Of a stretch of 64,000 bases of DNA, positions 1-12,490 are shown in pieces. The position numbers and the translations under genes are program-made. Position 1 is the stretch's first letter. Every line of letters starts with the position of its first letter. Source of the stretch: Tubulanus polymorphus (Eukaryota > Animalia > Nemertea); assembly GCF_964204645.1 (NCBI RefSeq), contig NC_134036.1, forward strand, positions 4,432,600-4,496,599. Reading direction: 5' to 3'. Below the pieces are notes generated by a model, which was given only the letters and a program-made list of their open reading frames with translations, was not told the origin of the DNA and made no database searches.

Positions 1-554
1 ACGGTTTCGTAATGATATTCACGATATTGCAAATGATGGCATCATTATGTAACTATAATATTAACTTCTTTTTTAAACTGTTGCGGTTGCGCAGAATCCT
101 GTCAGCTACATTCGCGGGTTGCCAGTTGAAAAAAAACCCCATAAAAGCCCGTTTCGCCGACGTAGCTATGGTAACTGATTACACGCGTATTTCTAGGAGC
201 GGTCCGTTTCGGAAAAGCACGCCATCACGGTGCGGACGCGGAGACCTGCCACGCCACTGATAAAACGCCAGTGGCGACAGCGGTTAAAATCGGGTCAAGA
301 CACGCGGCGACACTAGCGCCGCCGCGATCGTCGCGTTAAAATTCAACACGCCGTTATCGGCACTGAGCTACGACGGAAGACGTCGCTATGGCGACTGTCT
401 TCGAAGCGGCATCGCGACATTTCCCGTCGAGATTTCGTTATTTTTCGTTTTGGCGACTATTGCAATCGGGATGACGAAGTTCCGCAAAATCGTTTAGAAA
501 ACAGGGAAATCGATACGCGAAAGTTGAAAACTTTTCGTCGGCCACGATTGTTAT

Positions 555-745
555 ATAAAAAGAAGAAGAATTAAGTCGAAACGTAGAATAAACTACTAGC
601 TCAAAGGAATACAGTATTCCCGAAGATGACTATTAAGATAAGTCGAAACGTTGAATAAACCACTAGCGCAAGGAATACAGTATTCCTAAAAATGACTAAC
701 AGAATATGGTCGAAACTCCGAATAAATTGCTAGCTCAAGGAAACA
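555..745 (+). repeat. Three ~66-bp tandem copies of a Penelope-type minimal hammerhead-like motif
   Basis: GTCGAAAC recurs at about 575, 642 and 708. The middle copy reads TATTC-CCGAAGA-T-GACT..AGTC-GAAAC-GTT-GAATA, with stem I TATTC/GAATA and stem II GACT/AGTC. Confidence 0.6.
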
Positions 746-2124
746 TTTTCTTTACGTTATATTTTCGCTATCATCGTGGGATTCTCTACGCATTATTCAA
801 AAACTTCTTTTTTTTACCATTTAAAATATTTTCACGGGAGTGATAGGCAGCATAAAATCAGTTACGAACTGGAACCAAACTAAAAACGAAGCAAACTGCG
901 GTTACACGTATTTACCTGGGTTTCTTATTAAATTTGTTCCCATCTTGTTACTTCAGACTTGTTAAGTTTACAGCTATTCCTATGCTCTATATCAATTATC
1001 CTATCTTCTATAGTCACTGGGATTATTTATTCTTCAGCTTCTAACTTAAAGGTTTTGTTTTAATTTGCAAGTATTTCTAGGTTGTATATTATGATATCAC
1101 CTATTTTCACTGAACTAATCTCTTCGCTTGTGTAGATGATATCTAGTAAAATCGTAACAAAAATCTAGTCCGCCTTAAGATGAATACGTCATGATGAATT
1201 TCGAAACCACCAATACACACTATTAGTCTCAGAAAAACGAAACATTTCTGGCGGTTTTTCTATTCTAAGGGCGAAATTCTATATCATCTTCACAACACGG
1301 GGACACGGGGTGTTTCATCCAGGGTTAACACCAACGACGGAAAAGTATCACATTCTCGATTTGATAAGGAAAACTACATCGGAAATTGGAAATGCGAGAT
1401 TCGGTCGAAATGGGAAAAGAAAACCCGAAGCGAATGTCGCGCGCCGCGTGAGCAAAATGAAATGAACGAAGTTAACGGCAGTGTGTACGCCTCCATGATT
1501 GAACGAAGAAAAAGAAATTGCACGGGCGTACGTGAGCGTGTGCGGCCGTAGCTTTTACTATGCATTAAATATAATTGAAATACATCTTTTTGGGGGGAGG
1601 GTCGGGGAAGATAAGTAGACCTGGATGTTTTCTGGAAGGAACGTTGATGAATACGATAATAAGCCATGCATTCTCGAGCACCAGCGTGTTTTCGAATGGC
1701 CATTAAAAATACCCACCTAACGTACCCCCATGAAAATTAGAATTATAGTTTATGAATTGGTAATCTTGAAGCTTGGGCAACACAAGTTTCTGAGACACCC
1801 CAGCGCAGCCTTCATTGAAAAATTTAAGCATCGACAAATAGCCCGTTATATTTCGAAGGCGTGCCCCTCGAATCGCTAACGAATGCGAACAAATCTAAAT
1901 AAGTAAAATACTTATACGGATACTATATTATAATAGTACCGTTATCCTCGGTAATCTGGGAACAAAGCACGCCTTAGAACAAAAAACAGGGCGTGGTGCT
2001 CCACATCGCGACGACTCTTCATCGTTCCGTATACTGCGCGTGTAGCGATTAATTATCAAATGTAACTGCCGCCGTTTAAATAATCGTTGTCGGTTTCTAA
2101 GCGCCTTAAGATGGCCGCCTATAA

Positions 2125-2815
2125 GCAGAACTGACTCAACACTGCCGCCGAACTGCTTCCAGAATCAAATTAAACCCGTACAACCGTCGATCCAAAGCGA
2201 AAATCGAATGTTCAAATTTGTACTGGAAATTAAACCCATTACGACCGCGTGGCACCGGGTTCGGAGTCAGAATTAAATCCGCGCTACTGTGTAACTAGAT
2301 TAAGAAATGAGTTTGAACTTCAAATCGTACGACTACTGCTGGACTGAATCCACATACCTGTGGGACTGGATCCAGAGTCTAATACACAAAAAAAAACATA
2401 GCTATGGAACTGCGTCTTGGGTCAAACTAAACCGACAAAGCTGTAAAACCTGACCTAGAGTCGAATTAAACCCATACGAATGTAGAACCGGGTCCGGAGT
2501 TGAATGTAACCCCCAGGGGCCAGTTGCACAGTCGTGACTTAAGTCAAAAAGTGGTCTTAAATCTTAAGACCAGTCTTAAGTTGTTAGATTGGCTATAGAA
2601 CTAAGTTGGTCTTAGACTGGTCTTAAGTCTAAGTCATGACTATGCAACCGGCCCCTGAAGTGTGGAACTGGCCGAAATATCCGAATAAACCCACACAACT
2701 GTGGAACTATATCCGAGTCACATCAAACCAACATAACTGTGGAACTGGGTCAAGAGTGAAATTAAACCCAAACAACTGAGGAACTAGAACCTGGAGTCGA
2801 GTTAAACCCTTGCAA
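2125..2815 (+). repeat. Degenerate ~39-bp minisatellite (ctgtggaactgggtccagagtcgaattaaacccatacaa) interrupted by a MITE
   Basis: Recurrent 'aattaaaccc' and 'ctgtggaactg' motifs about every 39 bp. Confidence 0.75.
2514..2657. mobile_element. 144-bp MITE with ~28-bp terminal inverted repeats
   Basis: Termini are CAGGGGCCAGTTGCACAGTCGTGACTTA and TAAGTCATGACTATGCAACCGGCCCCTG. Degenerate relatives occur near 3530-4030, 8430-8700, 11000-11120, 19980-20310 and 59100-59370. Confidence 0.8.
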
Positions 2816-4079
2816 TAAAACATGTAATAGCCATCGCCACAAACAAAGTCGACGACCCATTCAGATTTTCAGCCGTTCTCGCAAAAAATACATCGCGTCT
2901 CTGCGAACATTTCAACGCCGTCTTAATTCAAACGGCACGACTTCAATATCCGCTCCGAAGAGCAGCAAAAAGCGGCAGAAACTTCGTCGCCGTCTTCGTC
3001 GTCGTAAAAAAAACCGCGCTTTTACTTGATTACCAACGGACGATAACGAATGGAAAGAAAATCGACGACGACGACGACGCGAAAATAAAAGAAACGAAAC
3101 GCATGTTTTCATCTCGCATAGAAAACGACACACGCTTTTTACATTTTCTCTTCGGGTTTTTTTTCTAATTTCCTGTCTTGTTTTTATCGGTGGTGTTCGC
3201 GTTCATCCGATTATTTCTGAATTCAGTATACGCCGTATTTGAACCGCGAACGCGGCGCGCATTGAGTCGCGTACCGACAATGAAGTACCGAGAACTGCGC
3301 TTCAGATTTGCCGAGTTCGTCTTCACGACGTCATCCGATTATAACTACTACTACTGCGTTCCGTGATTATAGCACGAACAGGATTTTGATTGATAATTAC
3401 TTTATAAAAAAATCAAAAATCAGATTAATCATAAATTTTTTCGATTTCTAATACATTTGACGAACGGACCGAAAGAATTGTGCAAGGTTTGTCTAAAAAT
3501 CGTCATCGCTCCACGGTGGGTTCTTAGTGACAGAATAAGGCTTAGAGTTAAGTCCAGTCTAAGAGCGGTCGGTTCTATAACCGATCTTATAATTCCTCAA
3601 GCAAGTCTAAGCTGTATTTAGGCTCTATGACCAATTAGAAAACTAATGAGATAGCTCATATTAGTGCTATAACGCCAATCTTTGAACAACCTACCGTCAG
3701 TAAAGTTCATTTTGATTCTTTACACATATCAAAAAGTTACGGTCGAAGTACATTTTCGTTCTATAGCCAATCAACAACACAAGACCGGTCTAAGCGCGCA
3801 CTTACGCGTGTTTAAAAAATCTATAAACAACTCATGATCAGTTTCAGCTTACATAAAAATCTGATAGACCTAACAACAATCTGATGGACCTAACAACAAT
3901 TTGACAAACCTAATGTCAGCATCGTGCTTACTAAGTTGTTATATTGGACACGAGGTTCTATAATCCATCGACACATTTAAGTCCATTTAGGTTCTATACA
4001 ACAACCAATCTCAAGGCCGGTCTAAGCTCATTTCGTTCGAGCCCATTCAGGCTAAAAAAGTATAAATCAATATGTAAAC

Positions 4080-4225
4080 TGCGATGCAATTTGTAATCAG
4101 TTCATTTCTATAACTGCCGGGTCCGTTATTGTTAGCTTGATCACGACTTTAAAGATATTTACAGAGTATATTAAAGCGGCCAGCCAGGTCAAATTCTAAG
4201 CTCAGCAGAAGTAGGAAACGAGGTA
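4080..4225 (+). repeat. Dispersed repeat; inverted copy at ~29290-29440
   Basis: ctgccgggtccgttattgttagcttgat...aagctcagcagaa here, versus ttctgctgagctt...atcaagctaacagtaacagacccggcag. Confidence 0.7.
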
Positions 4226-4879
4226 TAGATTTTTTGCCTTATCTTTTTTTTTTAAATAACAGGACCCAGTTTCACAGAAAGGTTTAATCGATTTAGGCTT
4301 TAATCCTTTTTGTGAAACCGGGCCAAGGTTACGACTGCATCCCGTTTTGGCATTCTCTTTGTCCATAACCTCAACAATCAAAGCAAACGCACGCGATTAG
4401 GGAAACATATCTCTTCGATTGCGCCAAACGCGTCGAAAGTTGGTAATTACATCGAGGAGTAACCGAACGCGCACGCCGAAGCCGGAAAAGTTTCCCTTAG
4501 CCGACGAAACCTACGTATACTCGACGAGAAAATCGAATCATCGATACGAGATTACGTATAACGCACCCGCAACGGGCTGCTGGCCGTGATGCGGGCGAGC
4601 GAGGCGTGCCGTGACATTGAACGGCTTCGGGCTTAATGAAGGAGAACGATTTTGCAGCGGTATATCGTCGGCATGTTTTTACCACGATCGGAAAAGGTCT
4701 TCGGCGGTTTGGGGATTAGAATTTCTACTTAACCGTTCGATGCAAAACGAATTGTGAACATCGGGTTCGGTTTCAAATAACGGATAAGTCAAACTTTTGT
4801 CCGTAATCGCTGTTGGAAACTTCGTGTTCAAGGCATTTTCGTAGAGGAGCCGCGTTAACTCGATGCAGAATAAGTACAA

Positions 4880-5045
4880 CGGGACGAGTAGTACTTTATA
4901 GGTTAACTAGTTTATTTGACGCACGAGCTTTCGCTACTAGTGTATAGTAGCTTAAACAGGTGAATGAATGATGAGGCTTCCGTACGCCAGTAGCGAAAGC
5001 TCGTGCATCAAATAAACTTCCTATTAAGTACTATCCATCTCGTCG
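4880..5045. mobile_element. Palindromic MITE-like element; relative at 56515-56715
   Basis: Inverted arms GTTTATTTGACGCACGAGCTTTCGCTACT and AGTAGCGAAAGCTCGTGCATCAAATAAAC. Confidence 0.75.
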
Positions 5046-5349
5046 TGGTCATTGTTCATGTTATCAATTAGGGCTAAAATTACAGATTTTTTTTTGCTTC
5101 ACCATTTCTGATGGAATTATTTCGAAAGCGTTCCCTTGCAAAATATTTAGAATCATCAAAGGCATTGTTTTCATCTTTTTTTGATATCCGAATAAGCTTC
5201 GAAAAATACGACAAAGAGCAGATTACTATATGTTCGATCATTAAGGCACGGGTCGGAGTTGGTCGAAACTCGTGTTTCGGCAAGTCTGATTAAAATCATT
5301 GAATTTAGTGTCAGAAAATATGAAACTTTCGATAAAAATACGGTCCTAC

Positions 5350-5398
5350 CTGCTCGACTTTCGCTGTCTGCGGGCTTTACTTGTATTGGACGGTTCAT
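5350..5398 (-). CDS. CELF4: Internal coding exon (49 nt) of the same CELF3-6/Bruno-3 gene, end of RRM1
   Basis: The minus strand reads tttttctcatttcag|ATG AAC CGT CCA ATA CAA GTA AAG CCC GCA GAC AGC GAA AGT CGA GCA G|gtagga, i.e. MNRPIQVKPADSESRA. This peptide directly follows ...EQKTLPG in CELF3-6 proteins. It joins the 49038 exon in phase 0. Confidence 0.95.
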
Positions 5399-5504
5399 CT
5401 GAAATGAGAAAAATGTAGAAAATATAAGCTATTGAATTTCTGCGTAATTGTATCACTTTTTTATAAGAAAAGGTGCAGGTACTAAGACAGGGTCTCATTC
5501 GTGT

Positions 5505-5650
5505 TGCCTCCTAATGTTCGCATCCCAATGTGGTGGAAGCGGTACATTCTTGCGAGGTTCACATCCCTGCGAAGGGGAACGTGGCAGATACTCGCGATGC
5601 CATCAGGTTCAAATTCCTGCGAGGGAGGAATGTGGCAGAGTCTGACTCAA
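5505..5650 (-). repeat. 51-bp minisatellite family, ~2-3 units, inverted relative to the arrays at 31.5 and 46.7 kb
   Basis: gtggcagatactcgcgatgccatcaggttcaaattcctgcgaggg is the reverse complement of the family unit. Confidence 0.8.
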
Positions 5651-6825
5651 GATTTGGCCATATAACCGAATCGGAAGAAGATAAGGAAACCGCAAGCACA
5701 ACCCGAAAGAGACGTGGCAGTAAGAAAAGAAAAAAACCTGATCATTAAAAAATCGAGGAAACCAGGAACCAGAAATTCCTTAAGATTCAAACTTTTTGAA
5801 ATATTTTCTTACTTGAGCACGAATCTTGCGCAATAGCGGAAACACGATCATCGCCACAAGTGGTGCCGCGTATCGGCCGAATTATGCACTAAATATCAAA
5901 TGGCGTTCCGAGCGCCCACGTGTACGAGATCGGCTAAACTCGGATGTTTCCGTGAATGTTCGTTAATATCTATTTGAACTGGTGACGATTTTTCGGTTGA
6001 AGTATATTTGATTTTCCGAACGAATTCTTTTTTCTATTCTAAATATTTGTGTTTCATAGGTCGAGTACGAATATCAAAACCCGGCATCAGAAAAGATAAT
6101 TCGCCTCCGGGGCTTCGTGCGAAAACAGCGTGCCTATATGCAGGACTTCCATCGCCAACACAATTCGCGCAGAAATATAACTCCGATAAAGATTAGATCC
6201 TATCGGAAATAATCCACCTTTTGCACTTCATCGCGAATATGACATTCCCGCAAAATTTAGATCCCATCGAACTTAGTTCACGCGCAAAAAAACAAAGATT
6301 CCGTCGATTAAGAGGACGCTAAATGCTATGTTACTGATTATCCCCGAGAATAACAATCCGACGAAATTTGAATTCGATTCGAGCAATTCATATACTATTT
6401 AAATTGCGAATTCGTTAACTCGATTGCTTTTAGCCGGAAGATACGGTAACTCGATGCACTCAACGCCACTGGCTAGGGCCGCCCAGCACCGTCTTCAAAG
6501 GGTACAGCCGCGAGGTCGCGAACTACCGACCACCGAAAGAAAAAAAATCAGCCTAACGCCTAAAACATCAACAACAACGCGCGCTAATTTGCTTCGTGCT
6601 TATTTCGCTTATTCGATAACTACGAGGTTTTCTGCGGAGTTCGTCGTATTCAATCGAAGAAAATAAACCAATAGCTGTCGAGCACGCGTTCCGTTACAGT
6701 TTCTCGCTGCACGGAATGAATATTGTTAAAAACCGGAGTTTTCCGCGGCAGCGCGAGGAGAAAATATTCGATTTCGTAAAAATCGAAAATTGGGTTGCAT
6801 ACAAGCGCGCGATGTTTCATTAATT

Positions 6826-7600
6826 AATACCGCGGCACGCCTGTACAAGTTGTGCAGTCACTGAAAGGCTGTGTTTTAAGATAATACCACGAAGGGGCCA
6901 GTTACTAAAAGGTTGTTTAATGTAAACCTGTGTTTAAATACCGCGGTACAGGGGTCAGTTACAGAAAGGCTGTTTAATGTAAACCAGTGTTTAAATACCG
7001 CGGTACAGGGGTCAGTTACTGAAAGGTTGTTTAATGTAGACCAGTGTTTAAATACCGCGGTACAGGGGTCAGTTACTAAAAGGCTGTGTTTTAAGAAAAT
7101 ACCACGATACAGGGGTCAGTTACTGAACGGTTGTTTAAAATAAACCAGTGTTTAAATACCGCGGTACAGGGGTCAGTTACTGAAAGGTTATTTAATGTGA
7201 ACCTGTGTTTGAATACCACGGTACAGGAGTCAGTTACGGAATGGTTGTTTAATGTAAACCAGTGTTTAAATACCGCGGTACAGGGGTCAGTTACTGAAAG
7301 GTTGTTTAATGTGAACCTGTGTTTGAATACCACGGTACAGGGGTCAGTTACTGAAAGGTTGTTTAATAAAAACCAGTGTTTGAATACCACGGTACAGGGG
7401 TCAGTTACTGAAAGGTTGTTTAATGTGAACCTGTGTTTGAATACCACGGTACAGGGGTCAGTTACTGAAAGGTTGTTTAATGTAAACCAGTGTTTAGATA
7501 CCGCGGTACAGGGGTCAGTTACTGAAAGGTTGTTTAAATTAGACCAGTGTTTAAATACCGCGGTACAGGGGTCAGTTTAGCTGAAATGCTTACCAGTGTT
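6826..7600 (+). repeat. 57-bp tandem minisatellite, ~13 units (array 1 of 3)
   Basis: Unit taccgcggtacaggggtcagttactgaaaggttgtttaatgtaaaccagtgtttaaa; it appears as a 19-aa periodicity in the ORF track. Confidence 0.95.
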
Positions 7601-10600
7601 TCAGAGGCCTAATCTGCAATGTAACAATACCAGAATAGAGATCAAGGTGTCTCATATATCACGCGAATCAAACAACCCGAGTTCAAATAAGCCTAATACA
7701 CACGCGGACTAGCCGTTATCAATTTTGTCATTAGGGGGGGGGAGATGAAACGACGATTGACATCAAGGCGACGCGCGCTGTTTGCGAGATGCAGAAACAT
7801 TAAAGATAAAGACATCTTTGTATCATTAAACGAGAGTTTGATATCGAGAGCCACGCCCTAAACTATATTAGACATTAACCGCTATATACGTACACCTAGG
7901 AGGAGCGTGTATTCGCAATTAGCGTTTCCCAGATTAGAACTGGCGATATAAACATGCACCATTTCGATTTCAAATTTATAGGTGGCTCGATAAAACGAAG
8001 AAGGCCTTTTCTTTTTTGATATACTAGGTCTGAATATCGAGTTCGTACATCTGTTGATGAATAGCTGATCTGAAATAAACGATGAGCCTCAACAAACTGA
8101 ATTAAATTCGATTTGTACTGATCGTACGTAGACTTTTCACCCGGGCTTTTTTATTATATTGGTAATGAATCAGTCGAACTTCCACGATTTAGCCGAATAC
8201 AATCTACATGATCGTACATAAATAAAATAATTCTGAAGAGATCAGATAGTCTAACTCCATCAACAAGAAGATCTAAATAGCTTCCTTTTGTATGATGTCA
8301 CGAGGCTCATGATGGACCACACGTATATCACTAACACATTTATTTTCTTAATCGTTTTGTATAGAGGTGGCAAATTCGCACGAATAAACCGCAAAGCTCC
8401 CCGGGTCCGTAGCCAGGACCCGGTTACGTAGTCCTAAAGTACAAAATAACCGCATTAGCCTACTTAAGTCCAAAAGTGTTTTCTACTCTTAAGAATGGCC
8501 TTAAGTTGTTAGATTATAGCCATAGAACTGAGATGGTATTAAAATAATCTAAAATCTAAGCCCTCAACTGTGCAACTGAGCCTAACAGTCGTAAGTCATG
8601 TGTAAGTCAGTAGGTGGTCTAAATTTCAAGGTTGTTCTAAATTTGTTAGATGACATAAGTAGGAACTAAGATGTTGTCGGGCACACGCCACTACTGTGCA
8701 AGTGATACAACCCCGTGTACTGACATATCGAATAAACAGGCAACACTTACCAATAGACTATAGAGGTCGCTACCGATCACTGGTATCGACATTTTTGATT
8801 CGTCGATGAGCTGCTGATGATGCTTGTCGCGTATCAACGAGAAAACGCAAGAGACCTCAGATATTTAAAACGTCGTCACGAAGTCTCACTCTTATTTGGG
8901 TTGAAACGTATTTGGATAAAAAACCTGTCGACTGGTGTAGACCTTGTGTGGAGTATCCGATCGTTTCGAATCCGGTTCGCAAATTCGAAATTCGAAAATA
9001 TTCCTTACGATCGCTGCGCGTATATCGAAATCCACGAACACGCGACGTTTGGGATTTCGATAAAAAAGAGAAACCGTTTTTAAAATTTTCTAGTTAGAAA
9101 TTCGAAAAAGTTCAACCGACCAATCAAAATCGACGACGACTCGCTTGATCGAGCACGCGGATCAGGCGTGTTCGGGCACGTGCGTGGACAACTTTCGCTG
9201 GCAGATATCCAAGATCACGACACTGGATATTTCCGCAAAGATATTGTTTTTTCAAAATTGTCCAGCAAGCCTTCTTCTATATACTAGGCCGGTCGCGACC
9301 TCGCCTTTTTCGAATCGCCTATTATCCGTTTGTTCCTCGTGGTCCTCGAAATCCTTAAAGACCGCCACGAACGATTGGAAATTAAGTTCCCAAAAATCTA
9401 CTTCGCTCCGCACGAAAATGACTCGATATCAATATTTTGTCGCTTTTACTTAGCTTCGCCTCTCATTTAGTGCGATATCAGTGCGCGTTCTGCCCCCGGG
9501 GCTCGAAATATCGCATCAACCTTGAAAAACACGCCGCGAAGATATTCCGATACCGTATGACGAAGGCTGTATACGCAAAAAGGTCCTAACGACGCTTTAC
9601 CGAAGAATTCGAAGAAAAATCTATTTATCTACAGATGTCTCTATAAGAGTATAGGTAGTATAGCGATTTTAGTAAATAATGTAGGCAACAGGCTTTAATT
9701 CACACAGACAAGCTTTAGACAGAGAGGCCGGTAAGCCTTCGACAATGGCAGCGGTAACGGGAGGTATATATCCTTATTTCAACGTAAAGTACGAATATCG
9801 AATTCAGCGGATTTCAACCAGAAAATCTAGTACGGCGACGGCGAAGCGAAGCCAAGGAAAAGTCCGATTCGAATTTGGCGCGATAGATCCGGCGAACCGA
9901 AGCAACGTCAGCTCTGAAATCAAGAGATTCCAACCAGAAAAGAACCACTTTTTTAGATATAGCGATTTTAGGAATGAAAATTCGAATATACGCCTGGTGG
10001 ATTTGAAGCAATCGGTATCGAATTCGGCGATGTATACCAGGCTTAAAGTTACGACCGAAAGAAAAACTTTAACTAGAAGTTTAGAGGTTTCTAGTTAAAG
10101 ATATCTAGTCGAAAAATGTTCAATTGAAAAAATTCGTACGCTATATATTTGACGAAGGCCATTCCCGAAAGCTCGCGATCGAATTTTCGAACGAAACCGA
10201 ACTTCGACTTAGCGGTAAAAATGGAGAAATTCGAATATCTTCGTCTCTCCGCCTCAGTCAATCCATATTATGTACACGAAAACTCCTGGAAATCAGGTTC
10301 GAATCCCGCGTGCACTCGAAGCCCCGCTCAAGTCGCGAGCCGCTACTTTTTTCACGGATAGAAGATGACAGAGTTCGCCCGTTAAGTCGTCAGTAGCCCG
10401 AGCAGGCTATATTTCTCCTCGATATCTTCCTCTATTTTCCTCTCTAAACGCTCCTTCGTGTTCAATTCGCGACAGCGCGCCTAATTACAGCGGTACAACC
10501 ACGCGCGGCTGACAACCACACTCGCGCAAACAAGTAACAAAACCCAACCTGAGAAAATCGCTGTCAGTTGTTTCTCCTTTTCAGCGCGCGCGCGCGTGCT

Positions 10601-11329
10601 GTGCTAGCTGCTAACCGCTGCTACTGTCGTCGCCGTCACCGTCGTCGGTCGGGATAGTAATTAGTATAACTACACCTTGTCATCGCGTTGCTCGGTGACG
10701 TATTTCGCAATAATATTTCGCAAGAAATCCGGCGGGAAACTCGGTTATTAATTTCAATAGCGGCCAATTATGTTTATAGTTGCGGGGATATGAATTAGCG
10801 ACGCAAACACGGCAGTTTCGTAAATCGTATCTCGCGTATTATTATAAACACCAAGATGACAAAAATTGGTGACTGCTTCTTCTTCTACATCGTTAGCCGA
10901 TCTGCCGACAAACATTTACATTTCTTATATGTTTTCTATTCTAGCATATATTGAACGATTCCGTAGAGAAGGGCGATGCGCTAATACCTCGGTTCTCGTA
11001 ACCGAGGTCCAGTCACAGAGTGTTGACATGTTAGAACGTCTTAAACAATCTTAAGACTGTTGTTTGTAGAACTGAGTTGGCCCGAGACCGATAGAAGCTA
11101 ACTTAAATCTAAAGTATGACTTCGCTTTCGTGGGAGAGTTCGTGCACGCAGTCGTGTTTATAAAGACTTATCTATACGGCCCTCGTTAAATCGTGGTCAT
11201 CCAGAAGAGGAATTACCTTTACAATTACGAATGAAGAATATGGTGATGATGAAATGGACGACGTGTATAGCCTATGTCTTAGTGTAGACTTAGTGTATCA
11301 GCTCACAAGACTTGTGAGCTGATTAAATA

Positions 11330-11510
11330 TCTGAATTGAAATCTGATGTTTGTAGTTCATTTTCGATTAGAAATGTCTCAGGTGAAGCACCGAACAAACG
11401 AGGGGTGTGGACGAACAGTCTTTGAAAGTGTGTTGATGAAATGTCTAATATCTGGGGTTTGCAGATCATTTATACCTTAAAAATGTTTAAGGTGAAGTCC
11501 CAAAACACAC
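11330..11510 (+). repeat. Copy of the ~110-bp repeat family also found at 62925-63200
   Basis: Shared tgtttgtagttcattttc...aaatgtctcaggtgaagcac. Confidence 0.75.
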
Positions 11511-11779
11511 GCGAAGCCTACCAATCAAAATTGGAGGAAATAATGTATCGTTCAACGCCGGGGAGGGGGAGGTGTGCGGGCTTCAGGTTGATACCTACAT
11601 CAGCAAAACAACGACATAAAGACAGTCGTCAGCAACGTCAACGATTTCTAAATCGTTTCCCAATTCATAACAAACAAAAAAAACATCTTGAAAGTTTATT
11701 GACAGCACGAAAAAAATTAACTAACATACGTATTGTTTACTGTCGACACTAAATGACATTGTTCAAAAATAATATTATG

Positions 11780-12050
11780 GCAATGATCATTAAAGTTATT
11801 TTTTATTTGAATTTATCGATTATTGAATTGAATCGACCGGCAACCAGTCTAGCCCCGGTATATGAACGACGTAATAGTGCACATCCTCTAAAAGATAGAT
11901 TATCAAAAAGAATTACGTAAACTTATCGAATAGAAAATAAAAGTCGTGAAAATATATTCGATTGCAAATTAAACTTCCCTCGCCAAAATTCACGTTTGCA
12001 ATTTTCACTTTCCAAAGGATGGATGACGTATAGTGCACATCGACTCACAC
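11780..12050 (-). repeat. Dispersed repeat, inverted relative to copies at 41590-41950 and 50390-50620
   Basis: gatgacgtatagtgcacatc versus gatgtgcactacgtcatc; gaccggcaaccagtctagc versus gctagactggttgccg. Confidence 0.7.
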
Positions 12051-12369
12051 GTAACCCCTCGAGTAACGCGTATACAGGTATTGATGTGGAGAGACCCGTC
12101 GTTATCGTAACGGTTTGAACGGCGTCAGAAAAAAAGTAACCGCCGCATCAGAGCAACGACGACTTCACCGGAAGCCGAGCAGGAAACGTTGCATCTTCTT
12201 TCGAGAAACATTCTATCGATGACGTCATTGCCGTGGTGGTCGTCGTCGTCGTCGTGATTCAGCCCGCTTTTAGTCGGCGACGGCGTCGCCATGGCGACGA
12301 CGATGTTGACAGGATACGGGTTGTCCGTCTTCGTTAGAGCGACAATACAAATTAGGCTACAGTGCGAAC

Positions 12370-12490
12370 AAGAGAGAGAGGGGGAGGGAGGGAGAGAGAG
12401 GGAGAGGAGGGAGGGAGAGAGAGAGGTAGAGGGAGTGGGAGAAGGAGAGAGAGAGGCAGAGAGGGAGAGAGGGAGAGAGAGAGAGAAATA
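12370..12490 (+). repeat. GA-rich polypurine tract
   Basis: Nearly pure G/A sequence. Confidence 0.9.

Noticed and set aside
5171-5349. Continuation of the MNRPIQ ORF beyond ...SESRA
   Set aside because: CELF similarity ends at the GT donor (5349), so the remainder is intron read-through.
6913-7580. ORFs with 19-aa repeats (also 27430-27870, 54428-54673), and repeat ORFs at 31465, 46741, 48385 and 51240
   Set aside because: They are translations of tandem minisatellites whose unit length is a multiple of 3. They have no splice context, and copies occur at scattered sites.
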